A stretch of DNA of 41,544 bases, taken from contig JBBIVV010000002.1 in assembly GCA_037439545.1 (NCBI GenBank), positions 66,559 through 108,102 of the forward strand, read 5' to 3'. The notes beneath the pieces were generated by a model, which saw only the letters and a program-made list of their open reading frames with translations, searched no databases and had not been told where the DNA came from. Numbering within the stretch: the first letter of the stretch is position 1; each line of letters opens with the position of its first letter. This document shows, piece after piece, positions 28,228 through 36,973 of this stretch. The stretch comes from a bacterium. GTDB taxonomy: Bacteria; JAMCPX01. Made by a program: the position numbers and the translations under genes.

Positions 28228-28987
28228 CCGTTATAAACCTTTCTATTGCCTGATTTACCTGATCCGGCTTTTCCATCATGACCATGTGTCCCGCACCATG
28301 GACAATTTCGAGCTTGGATCCGGCAATCTTCTGATTGAGGAACTGACTGTATTTCAAGGGAGTCATCATGTCATTGCCGCCTGCTATGATAAGAGCAGGC
28401 ACCTTTATTCCGCCGACCTCATTCATAGCATCGAAAGTATCACATGCCTTGAAATCGCTGTATGCGGCAGACGGTGCTGAGGCAGAGAGTATATCCCTGA
28501 ACAGAGCCTTTTGCCGCTCGTCCGCTGATTCAGACATAGAAAACGAAGCAGCAAGCTCTACATACTGTTTATAATCTGTTTCAATGGCAGAGAAGACCTG
28601 CGGCATTACCCTGAGTTTTGCCCCTGTTGCAACGAGGACAAGCCCTGACAGGAGTTCAGGGGCAAAAACAGCGACTTTTTGCGCTATGGCTCCGCCCATT
28701 GAATGACCGGCCAAAATAAGCTTTTCGAGGTGCAGCTTTTCAGCGAGTTTTATTATTGTATCCGCGTAGGTATCGATAGTATCGGAACTGCTGCCCGTTG
28801 ACCCGCCGTGTCCGGGCAAATCAGGGACAAGCACTCTCATCCTGTCCTTGAAATATGACCACTGGGCCTGCCACACCTGGTTTGTAGAACCGGCACCGTG
28901 CAGGAACACAAGTGTCTGCCCGTCTTGAGATTCAGACAGCATAAAGGCAAGCGAAATATTATTTATAGTTACCTTATTTATAAGCAT
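28217..28987 (-). CDS. Alpha/beta-fold hydrolase
   Basis: FLHGAG, DLPGHG, GHSMGG nucleophile elbow, GGND and AGHM complete the triad. Confidence 0.9.
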   Translation of the reverse strand: MLINKVTINNISLAFMLSESQDGQTLVFLHGAGSTNQVWQAQWSYFKDRMRVLVPDLPGHGGSTGSSSDTIDTYADTIIKLAEKLHLEKLILAGHSMGGAIAQKVAVFAPELLSGLVLVATGAKLRVMPQVFSAIETDYKQYVELAASFSMSESADERQKALFRDILSASAPSAAYSDFKACDTFDAMNEVGGIKVPALIIAGGNDMMTPLKYSQFLNQKIAGSKLEIVHGAGHMVMMEKPDQVNQAIERFITAIR

Positions 28988-29002
28988 GAGCGTTTATCTG
29001 CC

Positions 29003-30106
29003 TTACACATTGAATCTAAAGTGCACGACATCGCCTTCCTGCATGACGTATTCCTTGCCTTCTATCCTGAGGAAGCCCTGTTCCCGCGCAGCAGAATCTG
29101 ACCCGGTTTTTACATAGTTGTCGTAAGATATGATCTCCGCTTTTATGAACCCTCTCTCAAAATCGGAATGGATTCTGCCTGCTGCCTGCGGGGCTTTGGT
29201 ACCGCTCACGATCGTCCACGCGTGTGCCTCTTTTGGACCCGAAGTGAAAAATGTCATAAGATTGAGCAGCCTGTATCCCCGTTCAATCATCGTATCCAGC
29301 CCCGGACGCTCTATGCCGAGTTCTTTCAGGTACTCTGCCCGTTCCTTCACATCGAGCTCTGCAAGTTCTGCCTCTAATTTCCCCGATATGACGACAACGC
29401 CTGCGGATTCTTTCACGGCTTCTTTCTCGACCTGTTTTACATATTCAGCCTCTTCACCAGTGCCCGCAAGCCCGCCTTCGGTCACATTTGCTATGTACAT
29501 TGCCGGTTTTGCGGTCAGAAGTGTCAGCTCGTTCAAAAGCTGTCGTTCTTCATGCGTCATGACGAGGCTTAACGCTTTTTTGCCCTCTGCCAGGTGGGAA
29601 GAAAGCCTTTTAAAAAACGCTGCCTCTTCCATAAGCTTTTTATTGCCGCTCTTCGCAGATTTTGAGACCCTTTCCGCTCTTTTTTCCACTGTTTCCAAAT
29701 CAGCGAGAAGCAGTTCTGTATTGATGATATCTATATCCCTCGAAGGGTTGACATCCCCCTCGACATGAATAACGTCCTTGCTCACAAAGCACCTTACGAC
29801 ATAGGCTATTGCATCGACCTCTCTTATATGGCTCAAAAATTTGTTGCCGAGTCCCTCACCTTTCGATGCTCCCTTGACAAGTCCGGCAATATCGACAAAC
29901 TTAAGCGTCGTGTATATCTTTTTCTCCGACTTATCTATACCTGCAAGAATATCTATGCGCTCGTCCGGAACATCGACGATACCTATATTCGGTTCTATGG
30001 TGGTAAACGGATAGTTTTCCGCAGACACCTTCGATGCCGTCAATGCATTGAATATGGTCGACTTGCCGACATTCGGCAGGCCGACGATACCGCAGCTAAA
30101 TCCCAT
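29003..30106 (-). CDS. ychF: Ribosome-binding ATPase YchF
   Basis: GIVGLPNVGKST, NYPFTTIEPN, DIAGLVKGAS.GEGLGN, TGS domain ending FRFNV. Confidence 0.97.
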   Translation of the reverse strand: MGFSCGIVGLPNVGKSTIFNALTASKVSAENYPFTTIEPNIGIVDVPDERIDILAGIDKSEKKIYTTLKFVDIAGLVKGASKGEGLGNKFLSHIREVDAIAYVVRCFVSKDVIHVEGDVNPSRDIDIINTELLLADLETVEKRAERVSKSAKSGNKKLMEEAAFFKRLSSHLAEGKKALSLVMTHEERQLLNELTLLTAKPAMYIANVTEGGLAGTGEEAEYVKQVEKEAVKESAGVVVISGKLEAELAELDVKERAEYLKELGIERPGLDTMIERGYRLLNLMTFFTSGPKEAHAWTIVSGTKAPQAAGRIHSDFERGFIKAEIISYDNYVKTGSDSAAREQGFLRIEGKEYVMQEGDVVHFRFNV

Positions 30107-30709
30107 TTATCCCGCCTTTATTTTGTTGACGAATTCCATTGCCTTCTGCCTGTCTTCGTTTATGAACATCAGCAGTCCGTCCGAGATCTTATCGAACAGG
30201 TCCTTTAACATGTCCAGTTCCTGTTCGCTGAATTCTGACAATACATAATCTACCGTATCGTATGGATTGCCCGGTTTCCCGATACCTATTCTGATCCTGT
30301 AAAATTCCCTTGTCCCTGTTTTTTCAATGATGGACTCGATGCCCTTGTGACCCGCACTGCTCCTGTTATAATGGAACTTAGCCCTGCCAACGGGTATATC
30401 CATGTCATCATGAACGATAACAATGTCATGCGGCGTCAGCCGGTGCTTCTTCATTGCCGAATGGACGGCAATCCCGCTCTCGTTCATATAGGTCAAAGGT
30501 TCCATGAGGAGGATATCTTTGTCCTGTTCATGCCAGACGCCGGTCAATGAATCGAACTGTCTTTTTTTGATCTGAAGCCCGAACCTTCGGCCGATTGCAG
30601 ATAAAAACAAGAAACCCGCATTGTGTCTCGTGTAGGTATATTTCTTATCCGGATTTCCCAGACCTGCAAGGATAAGAGCGGGTTTGTATGTTTTATGTAA
30701 ACCGAACAA
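30107..30709 (-). CDS. pth: Peptidyl-tRNA hydrolase
   Basis: GLGNP..KY..TRHNAGF, TYMNESG, HDDMD, AGHKG, RIRIGIG motifs. Confidence 0.95.
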   Translation of the reverse strand: MFGLHKTYKPALILAGLGNPDKKYTYTRHNAGFLFLSAIGRRFGLQIKKRQFDSLTGVWHEQDKDILLMEPLTYMNESGIAVHSAMKKHRLTPHDIVIVHDDMDIPVGRAKFHYNRSSAGHKGIESIIEKTGTREFYRIRIGIGKPGNPYDTVDYVLSEFSEQELDMLKDLFDKISDGLLMFINEDRQKAMEFVNKIKAG

Positions 30710-30724
30710 TGGTGTTTTGGGTGA

Positions 30725-31483
30725 TTACTTCTTCGGTTCTTTTTTCGCTTCTTTTTTAGGCTCTTTCTTGGGTTCGGTTTTTTCCTTTGTCTGCGGGGCC
30801 GCCTGTTTCGTTTCTTTCGTCTCTTCTGCCGGCAGCTCACCCTCTTTGGCTTCCTTGCCCTTCTTTATTACCTCGGGCTCTCCCGGGGCTGCTTCTGCCA
30901 CGACCTCTTGTACTACTTCTTCCTTGGCAGGGGCCATGACATGGACAATAGGTGCCTCGGGGTTATCGATGAATTCAACGCCCTTGATGGGTTTCAGGTC
31001 CTTAACATGCAGCGTATGACCTATATTCAGTTCCGTTACATCGATCTCGATGTGCTTCGGTATGGCCGTCGGAAGACATTTTATATTCAACTCCCGTGCG
31101 ACAATCTGGAGTATACCTCCGAGCTCTAACCCCTTTGCCTTACCGGTAACAAAAACAGAGACCTTCGTTTTAATGGCCTCTTTCTCCGAGATTTCATAGA
31201 GGTCTACGTGCAAAAATTCATCGGTGACGATGTTCCTCTGTACTTCCTTGATAAGAGCCATCTTCTGACTGGTATCGCCGTTGTTTTTAATATTTATTTT
31301 AATGAGTTCGTTCCTGCCGGCCTTCAATACCATTTTTAAGCTTTCTACGGGTATTGCCACATGAACGGTGTCACGGTTTTTCCCATAGATGATGCCCGGC
31401 ACCTCCTCACGGTTCCTTATGATCCTTGCTTTTTGTTTGCCAAATTCCGTCCTTAACTTCACATCGATTACAAACTCTTCCAT
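30725..31483 (-). CDS. rplY: 50S ribosomal protein bL25/Ctc with Lys/Glu-rich tail
   Basis: VPGIIYG, KEVQR, HVDL, CLPTAIP..IEIDV..L.IG; ATG 31483 follows AAGGAG. Confidence 0.93.
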   Translation of the reverse strand: MEEFVIDVKLRTEFGKQKARIIRNREEVPGIIYGKNRDTVHVAIPVESLKMVLKAGRNELIKINIKNNGDTSQKMALIKEVQRNIVTDEFLHVDLYEISEKEAIKTKVSVFVTGKAKGLELGGILQIVARELNIKCLPTAIPKHIEIDVTELNIGHTLHVKDLKPIKGVEFIDNPEAPIVHVMAPAKEEVVQEVVAEAAPGEPEVIKKGKEAKEGELPAEETKETKQAAPQTKEKTEPKKEPKKEAKKEPKK

Positions 31484-31500
31484 TTTTTTCTCCTTATCTT

Positions 31501-32442
31501 TCATTCAAACAAAGAACTCACGGATGTTTCTTCGTGTATACGTATTATTGCCTCTGCAAGCAGGTGGGCTATGCTTTTAACCACGATCTTTTCACATGCC
31601 GCCGTGTGTTCGTTCGGTTTTATGGTGTCCGTAACAATCAGTTCGAACATCGACGATTTTCTTATCCTGTCGATTGCATTGCCCGACAGCACCGCATGTG
31701 TCGTACACCCGAATACCTTCGCAGCGCCGTTTTTTTTCAGTGCTTCTACAGCCTGTGTAATCGTTCCTGCCGTATCGACTATATCATCGACGATGAGTGC
31801 GTTCTTGTCTTTTACGTCGCCGATGATATTCATCACTTCCGACACATTGGGTCCGGGACGTCTCTTATCTATTATGGCTATGGAGGCGTCAAGTCTTTTC
31901 GCAAATGCCCTTGTTCTTTCCACGCCGCCGGCATCGGGCGATACGACGACGATATCATTGCTCACCCTTTCTTTTATGTATTCGAGCAGGACCGGCATTG
32001 CATAAAGGTTGTCCACCGGTATATTGAAAAACCCCTGAATCTGACCTGCATGCAGGTCCACGGTCAATACTCTCTGGGCGCCTGCCGTCGTGAGGAGGTC
32101 TGCAACGAGTTTGGCGGATATAGGTGTCCTGGGGTTTACCTTTCTGTCCTGCCGTGCGTACCCATAATAGGGGATCACTGCGGTTATCCGTTTTGCAGAT
32201 GCCCTCTTCAGCGCATCGATCATGATGAGCAGCTCCATGATATGATGGTTTCCGGGTATTGACAGGGATTGGACGGCAAAAACGTCCATTCCTCTTACGT
32301 TCTCATTGATCTCTATCCTGCTTTCACCGTCGCTGAATGTTTTGACCATGGCAGCCCCGGCATGGAGATCGAGGTTCCTGCAGATGTCTTCTGCAAGCTT
32401 GATATTAGAATTGCCGCTGAATATTTTTAAATTTCCATTCAT
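31501..32442 (-). CDS. prs: Ribose-phosphate pyrophosphokinase
   Basis: FSDGE, PYYGYARQDRK, DLHAGQIQGFF, SPDAGGVER, VDDIVDTAGT motifs. Confidence 0.98.
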   Translation of the reverse strand: MNGNLKIFSGNSNIKLAEDICRNLDLHAGAAMVKTFSDGESRIEINENVRGMDVFAVQSLSIPGNHHIMELLIMIDALKRASAKRITAVIPYYGYARQDRKVNPRTPISAKLVADLLTTAGAQRVLTVDLHAGQIQGFFNIPVDNLYAMPVLLEYIKERVSNDIVVVSPDAGGVERTRAFAKRLDASIAIIDKRRPGPNVSEVMNIIGDVKDKNALIVDDIVDTAGTITQAVEALKKNGAAKVFGCTTHAVLSGNAIDRIRKSSMFELIVTDTIKPNEHTAACEKIVVKSIAHLLAEAIIRIHEETSVSSLFE

Positions 32443-32456
32443 GATTTATCCTTCAA

Positions 32457-32528
32457 CTGGGGCGGGAGGATTCGAACCTCCGCATGGCAGATCCAAAGTC
32501 TGCTGACTTACCGCTTGTCTACGCCCCA
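32457..32528 (-). tRNA. tRNA-Gln (TTG), CCA not encoded
   Basis: TGGGGCGTAGACAAGCGGTAAGTCAGCAGACTTTGGATCTGCCATGCGGAGGTTCGAATCCTCCCGCCCCAG folds into a cloverleaf with anticodon arm GCAGA-CTTTGGA-TCTGC; usual position upstream of prs. Confidence 0.97.
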
Positions 32529-32581
32529 AAAAAACTCAATGAAAAAATTTCATCCGAAGCTTTGCCCCGGGACAGTCCATG

Positions 32582-32878
32582 TTATGCGTCTACCGTGCCT
32601 AAATCGGGACTGCCGTCGGTATTTTTTTCAAGCTCTTTTTTATAAGCATCTATGACCGTATCTTCGATCTTCTGCCTGGTCTCGTTATTCAGGGGATGCG
32701 CCGTGTCCTTGTAGCTGCCGTCCTTCATCTTTTTGCTCGGCATTGCGACAAACAATCCATTATTGCCGTTGATAATTCTGAGGTCCCTGATCACAAAGCA
32801 GCCGTCGAAGATAATCGTTGCGAACGCCTTTAATCTCTCCTCATTAACCGGGAAAACCTTTACCTCTGTAATTTCCAT
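32582..32878 (-). CDS. spoVG: SpoVG family nucleic-acid-binding regulator
   Basis: MEITEVKV...LKAFATI.FD..FVI, GLFVAMPS, DTAHP motifs. Confidence 0.95.
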   Translation of the reverse strand: MEITEVKVFPVNEERLKAFATIIFDGCFVIRDLRIINGNNGLFVAMPSKKMKDGSYKDTAHPLNNETRQKIEDTVIDAYKKELEKNTDGSPDLGTVDA

Positions 32879-32897
32879 ACTCTCTTTCCTCCTTATG

Positions 32898-33773
32898 TTA
32901 TATGCCTCTTAATTTGTATACCGTTGTATATTCCGTTGCTATCTTATTATACGCTGCCTCTGCTTCCTGTTCCTCATAAAAGATTCCGAAGATACAGGAT
33001 CCGCTTCCGGTCATCATGGCCGCTTTTGCACCACAGGACAAAAGTTTTTCCTTTATAGCTTTTATTTCCGGAGCATATCTCCCCGTTACCATTTCAAGGT
33101 CGTTTTGAAGACATCTCATAATAGCATCTTTTGTATAGAACGCAAGATCGCACATAGATGGTAACTTATTTTTTGTCAATATTTTCAGCCGCGAATACGC
33201 TGTTTTTGTTGCGATACCAAAATCCGGCTTTATTACCACATAATAGAAAGGGCATTCAATCTCAACCTTTCTGACGATGTCCCCCCTGCCGCTTGCAAGA
33301 CCTGCGCCCTCGACCATAAAAAAAGGGACATCAGAGCCTATTTGCTTCGAGAGTTCATACAGTTGCCGCTCGTTGTATTCGGGTATGAGCCTGTTCAGGG
33401 TCTTCAGGACGCAGGCAGCGTCGCTGCTCGCACCTCCCATGCCTGATTGAACGGGTATATGCTTTTCTATCACGATATCTACCTGTTTTTTTCCTATGTC
33501 CTTACGCTGAAAAAATAGCCGTGCAGCCATAAAAGCGGTATTCTTTTCATCGAGGGGGATGTCCGTAAACACAGGGGCGGGATCCCCTTGTCCTATGAAG
33601 CCGGAGATGCGTATGGATATGCCGCTGCCTTGTTCAACGGATACGCTTATCCTGTCATACAGGGAAACCTTTTGCATCAGCGTCAGTATGTTATGATAGC
33701 CGTCGTCCCGTTTATCGATGACATAAAGGAACAGGTTCAGCTTTGCAGGTGCAAGGGACGCAGACCCGTTCAT
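32898..33773 (-). CDS. ispE: 4-diphosphocytidyl-2-C-methyl-D-erythritol kinase
   Basis: APAKLNLFL, DGYH, KHIPVQSGMGGASSDAA, GSDVPFF, NDLE, MTGSGS motifs. Confidence 0.95.
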   Translation of the reverse strand: MNGSASLAPAKLNLFLYVIDKRDDGYHNILTLMQKVSLYDRISVSVEQGSGISIRISGFIGQGDPAPVFTDIPLDEKNTAFMAARLFFQRKDIGKKQVDIVIEKHIPVQSGMGGASSDAACVLKTLNRLIPEYNERQLYELSKQIGSDVPFFMVEGAGLASGRGDIVRKVEIECPFYYVVIKPDFGIATKTAYSRLKILTKNKLPSMCDLAFYTKDAIMRCLQNDLEMVTGRYAPEIKAIKEKLLSCGAKAAMMTGSGSCIFGIFYEEQEAEAAYNKIATEYTTVYKLRGI

Positions 33774-33778
33774 CGTTG

Positions 33779-34162
33779 TCAGGAAGGTTCTTTTACCAGA
33801 GAAGATGCCTTATTTTTATCCATTGCCGAGGCGCCGTTGAATTCGGCCCCCTCTTCTATGACGAGCACGGGAGAGGTTATGTTTCCCGTGAACCTGCCCC
33901 TGCTCTTTATTTCAATCCTGTCGCTTGCAACGATGTTTCCCTTTATATCGCCGCTTAAAATAAGAGTGCCGGCTTCTATCTCAGCCTCTATCTTTGCGGT
34001 CTCTCCTACAAGAAGTTTTCCCTTCGACTGGATAGTTCCCTTAAAGGATCCGTCTATTCTTACCACGCCGTCGAAGATCAGCTTTCCTTCAAAAGCACTT
34101 TCCTTTCCAATGATTGTATGGATTTCCTCCGGTTTAATGTCGCTTTCCTTTTTATCGAACAT
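33779..34162 (-). CDS. Bactofilin (polymer-forming cytoskeletal protein)
   Basis: TIIGKESAFEGKL...RIDGSFKGTI...IEEGAEFNG beta-helix pattern; ATG 34162 follows GAGGAGG. Confidence 0.92.
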   Translation of the reverse strand: MFDKKESDIKPEEIHTIIGKESAFEGKLIFDGVVRIDGSFKGTIQSKGKLLVGETAKIEAEIEAGTLILSGDIKGNIVASDRIEIKSRGRFTGNITSPVLVIEEGAEFNGASAMDKNKASSLVKEPS

Positions 34163-34228
34163 CGTTACCTCCTCGTGTAGTCCGGACATTGTGCCCGGCA
34201 TTAAAAATATGACGGCAGGCTGCCCGTC

Positions 34229-35113
34229 CTACGTAGTCTTTATAATATCCAGGATCCTGTCAAGCTCGTCGATAGAACTGTAATGTATTTCGATCCAGCC
34301 CTTGCTGCCGGAGTGTTGAATCTTGATCCTTGCGGCAAAGTGCTTTCTCATTTCGTCTTCTATTGCTCCTATCTGCACGGCAAGTTCTTTTGACATGACG
34401 GATTCTTTTGTTCCCTTTGCCCTGCGGCTTTTCTGTTTGGCGTAGCTCTCGGTATCCCTTACCGTCAGTTTCTCGTCCCTGACCTTTCTAAAGAGCTTCA
34501 TCTGTTCCTCTACGGTCCCGAGGACGAGGATCGCCCGCGCATGTCCCGGGCTGACCGTGTTGTTCCTTATGGCATCCTGGATCTCTTCAGGCAGTTTTAA
34601 TAATCGTATGGCATTTGCCACCGTTGCCCTGTCTTTGCCCACTCTTTTGGCAACATCGAGCTGGTTCAATTCAAAATCCTCTATAAGTCTTCTGAAGCCA
34701 TCCGCCTCATCGATGGGGTTGATGTCCTCTCTTTGCAGGTTTTCTATGAGAGACAGGAATAATTGGTCCTTTTCGTCGACATCTTTTATGACGACAGGCA
34801 CTTCTTTCAGGCCTATCTTTTTTGCAGCCCTGAGCCGTCTTTCGCCTGCTATCAATTGGTATCCGTCTCCGGATGGTTTTACCAGCAGGGGCTGGAGTAT
34901 GCCGTTCGCCTTTATGGATTGTGCAAGCTCTTCGATCGTATTTTCATAAAAAGCTTTTCGCGGCTGGTGCTCGTTTACGGATATCCTTGAAACAGGGCAT
35001 ATAAAATATCCCCCTTTTGTCGCCGCTTCCTTCGTTCTGACAGGTATGAGTGCCGACAGCCCTTTGCCGAGAGCATTATGACTGCTATGCTTTTTTTCCA
35101 TGAACCGCTCCAT
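34229..35113 (-). CDS. parB: Chromosome partitioning protein ParB/Spo0J
   Basis: LGKGLSALI, QPRK.F, GILQPL, IAGERRLRA, ENLQRED, HTH, GHARA motifs. Confidence 0.96.
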   Translation of the reverse strand: MERFMEKKHSSHNALGKGLSALIPVRTKEAATKGGYFICPVSRISVNEHQPRKAFYENTIEELAQSIKANGILQPLLVKPSGDGYQLIAGERRLRAAKKIGLKEVPVVIKDVDEKDQLFLSLIENLQREDINPIDEADGFRRLIEDFELNQLDVAKRVGKDRATVANAIRLLKLPEEIQDAIRNNTVSPGHARAILVLGTVEEQMKLFRKVRDEKLTVRDTESYAKQKSRRAKGTKESVMSKELAVQIGAIEDEMRKHFAARIKIQHSGSKGWIEIHYSSIDELDRILDIIKTT

Positions 35114-35897
35114 GATTTATTCTCGTAACTTTATCCTTATGTTTTTGAATCAATTCTTTCGCCATCTCGATATAGCTCGTCGCACCTTTCGATGTAATAT
35201 CGTACAAAAGCACGGGCTTGCCGAAACTCGGTGCCTCACTCAACCGTACGCTCCTCGGTATTACGGTTTTGAATCTTAAAGATGCAAAATGCCTGTCTAT
35301 TTCTTCCTTTACCTGAAACGACAGGTTATTTCTTGGATCGAACATTGTCAACAAAATGCCGTCTATTTCCAGCAGGTCGTTTATGTTCTCTGTGATAAGC
35401 TCCACGGTCTTCATGAGCTGACCGAGCCCCTCCATTGCATAGTATTCGCACTGCAAGGGTATGATGAGGCTGTCGGCCGCAGTAAGTGCGTTGACCGTCA
35501 GCAGTCCGAGCGAAGGCGGACAGTCTATGATAATATAGTCATAGGCGTCCCTGATTTCTTTCAATGCGGATTTAAGTCTCGTTTCTCTCGATATGACATT
35601 TATCAGCTCTATCTCGGCACCGATGAGTTCCTGATTTGCGGGTGCTATCTCGAGATACTCGAGCTCGGTCTTTTTTATGATATCGCTTAGTTTAGCCTTG
35701 CCTATGACGGCATGGTATATGTTCTTTTTTATATTTGTCTTGTCGATATTGAATCCGCTCGTCGAATTGCCCTGCGGATCGAGATCCACGAGCAGGACGC
35801 GTCTCTCTGCAACAGCGAGACTTGCAGACAGGTTTATGGCAGTCGTCGTTTTACCTACCCCGCCCTTTTGGTTTGCTATCGAGATTATCCTTGCCAT
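35085..35897 (-). CDS. parA: Chromosome partitioning ATPase ParA/Soj
   Basis: NQKGGVGKTTT, DLDPQGN, IDCPPSLGLLT, QCEYYAMEG, RLSEAPSFG motifs. Confidence 0.96.
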   Translation of the reverse strand: MARIISIANQKGGVGKTTTAINLSASLAVAERRVLLVDLDPQGNSTSGFNIDKTNIKKNIYHAVIGKAKLSDIIKKTELEYLEIAPANQELIGAEIELINVISRETRLKSALKEIRDAYDYIIIDCPPSLGLLTVNALTAADSLIIPLQCEYYAMEGLGQLMKTVELITENINDLLEIDGILLTMFDPRNNLSFQVKEEIDRHFASLRFKTVIPRSVRLSEAPSFGKPVLLYDITSKGATSYIEMAKELIQKHKDKVTRINHGAVHGKKA

Positions 35898-35978
35898 AGG
35901 TGATCTTTATGTCAAAACAAAACAAGTCTGTCAATGTTGCAGATTTGAAGAATAAGTCCTATAAGACGAATAAGACCT

Positions 35979-36386
35979 ATGATAACCAAAAACAAAGAAG
36001 TAGATCTGACGGAGAGAATGCAGAAACTCGGGATCCGGGAAGCGGACATTGTCGAGAAGTTTGTCCGCTCGCAAGGGCATGGAGGACAGAATGTCAATAA
36101 GACCTCGTCATGCGTTTATCTGAAGCACATTCCGACAGGCATCGAGGTCAAGATGCAGGAAGAAAGGTCTCAATCCCTGAACAGGTTTCTTGCAAGGAGA
36201 CTGCTGGCAGATAAGGTCGAACAACTGGTCCTCGGAGAGAAAAGCCGCATCAGGCAGGAGATTGAAAAGATCAGGCGGCAAAAGAGAAAGCGTTCGAAAC
36301 GGGCAAAGGAAAAGATGCTGAGGAACAAGAAATTACAGTCTATGAAAAAGACGTTGAGGAGCACCGCAGGTGAAATCCATGAGTAG
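35979..36386 (+). CDS. GGQ-motif peptidyl-tRNA hydrolase, release-factor-like (ArfB/mtRF-R-like ribosome rescue factor)
   Basis: FVRSQGHGGQNVNKTSSCV, HIPTGI, ERSQ..NR..A; long basic C-terminal tail; no codon-recognition domains. Confidence 0.88.
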   Translation: MITKNKEVDLTERMQKLGIREADIVEKFVRSQGHGGQNVNKTSSCVYLKHIPTGIEVKMQEERSQSLNRFLARRLLADKVEQLVLGEKSRIRQEIEKIRRQKRKRSKRAKEKMLRNKKLQSMKKTLRSTAGEIHE

Positions 36387-36852
36387 TGCGGTTAAAAGGC
36401 TCGGCACACTCCTTATCGAGCATAAAAAAACCCTTTCTACGGCAGAATCCTGCACAGGGGGTATGATTGCAAAGGCCATAACCGACGTGCCCGGCAGCTC
36501 GCGGTATTTTATGGGCGGGGTCGTGAGCTATTCTGATGAGGTGAAGATAAAGGCACTGCATGTTGACGGGGCCATGATAGAGAAATACGGCGCTGTTTCA
36601 AGCCAGACGGCACGTGCCATGGCAAAAGGAGTCCGGCAGTTCATGAAAACCGATTGCGCCATTGCAGTAACAGGCATAGCCGGTCCTGAGGGCGGCACAC
36701 GAAAAAAGCCGGTCGGGCTCGTTTATATTGCCGTCGTGTGCGGCGGCAAGTCTGCCGTAAAAAGGTTTCATTTTAATAAGAAGAGGGACGGTAATAGAAG
36801 GTTATCGGCAGATATGGCCATCAAGATGCTGATAGAGTTATTAACCTGTTAA
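36379..36852 (+). CDS. pncC: CinA C-terminal domain protein, nicotinamide-mononucleotide deamidase
   Basis: AESCTGG, PGSS.YF, YS..K, GAVS, TGIAGPEGG, KPVGLVY motifs. Start ATG 36379 or GTG 36370. Confidence 0.85.
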   Translation: MSSAVKRLGTLLIEHKKTLSTAESCTGGMIAKAITDVPGSSRYFMGGVVSYSDEVKIKALHVDGAMIEKYGAVSSQTARAMAKGVRQFMKTDCAIAVTGIAGPEGGTRKKPVGLVYIAVVCGGKSAVKRFHFNKKRDGNRRLSADMAIKMLIELLTC

Positions 36853-36973
36853 TATTTAAGATTTTATCACTCCATTCCTGTTATAATCAATTGACTTGAC
36901 AGTCATACGATACATATTCAGTATAAGCATGCAGGGGCGGTGTGCGGACCGACCCTATACTTAAGGAGTCATT

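Noticed and set aside
30725..30860. KKEP/KKEA repeats at the end of rplY
   Set aside because: Low-complexity charged tails are common in bL25/Ctc proteins.
31426..32262. Long antisense ORFs (also 19013-19846, 29130-29768, 33588-34283, 27340-27972, 7917-8486)
   Set aside because: Shadow frames opposite well-supported genes, with no recognisable motifs.
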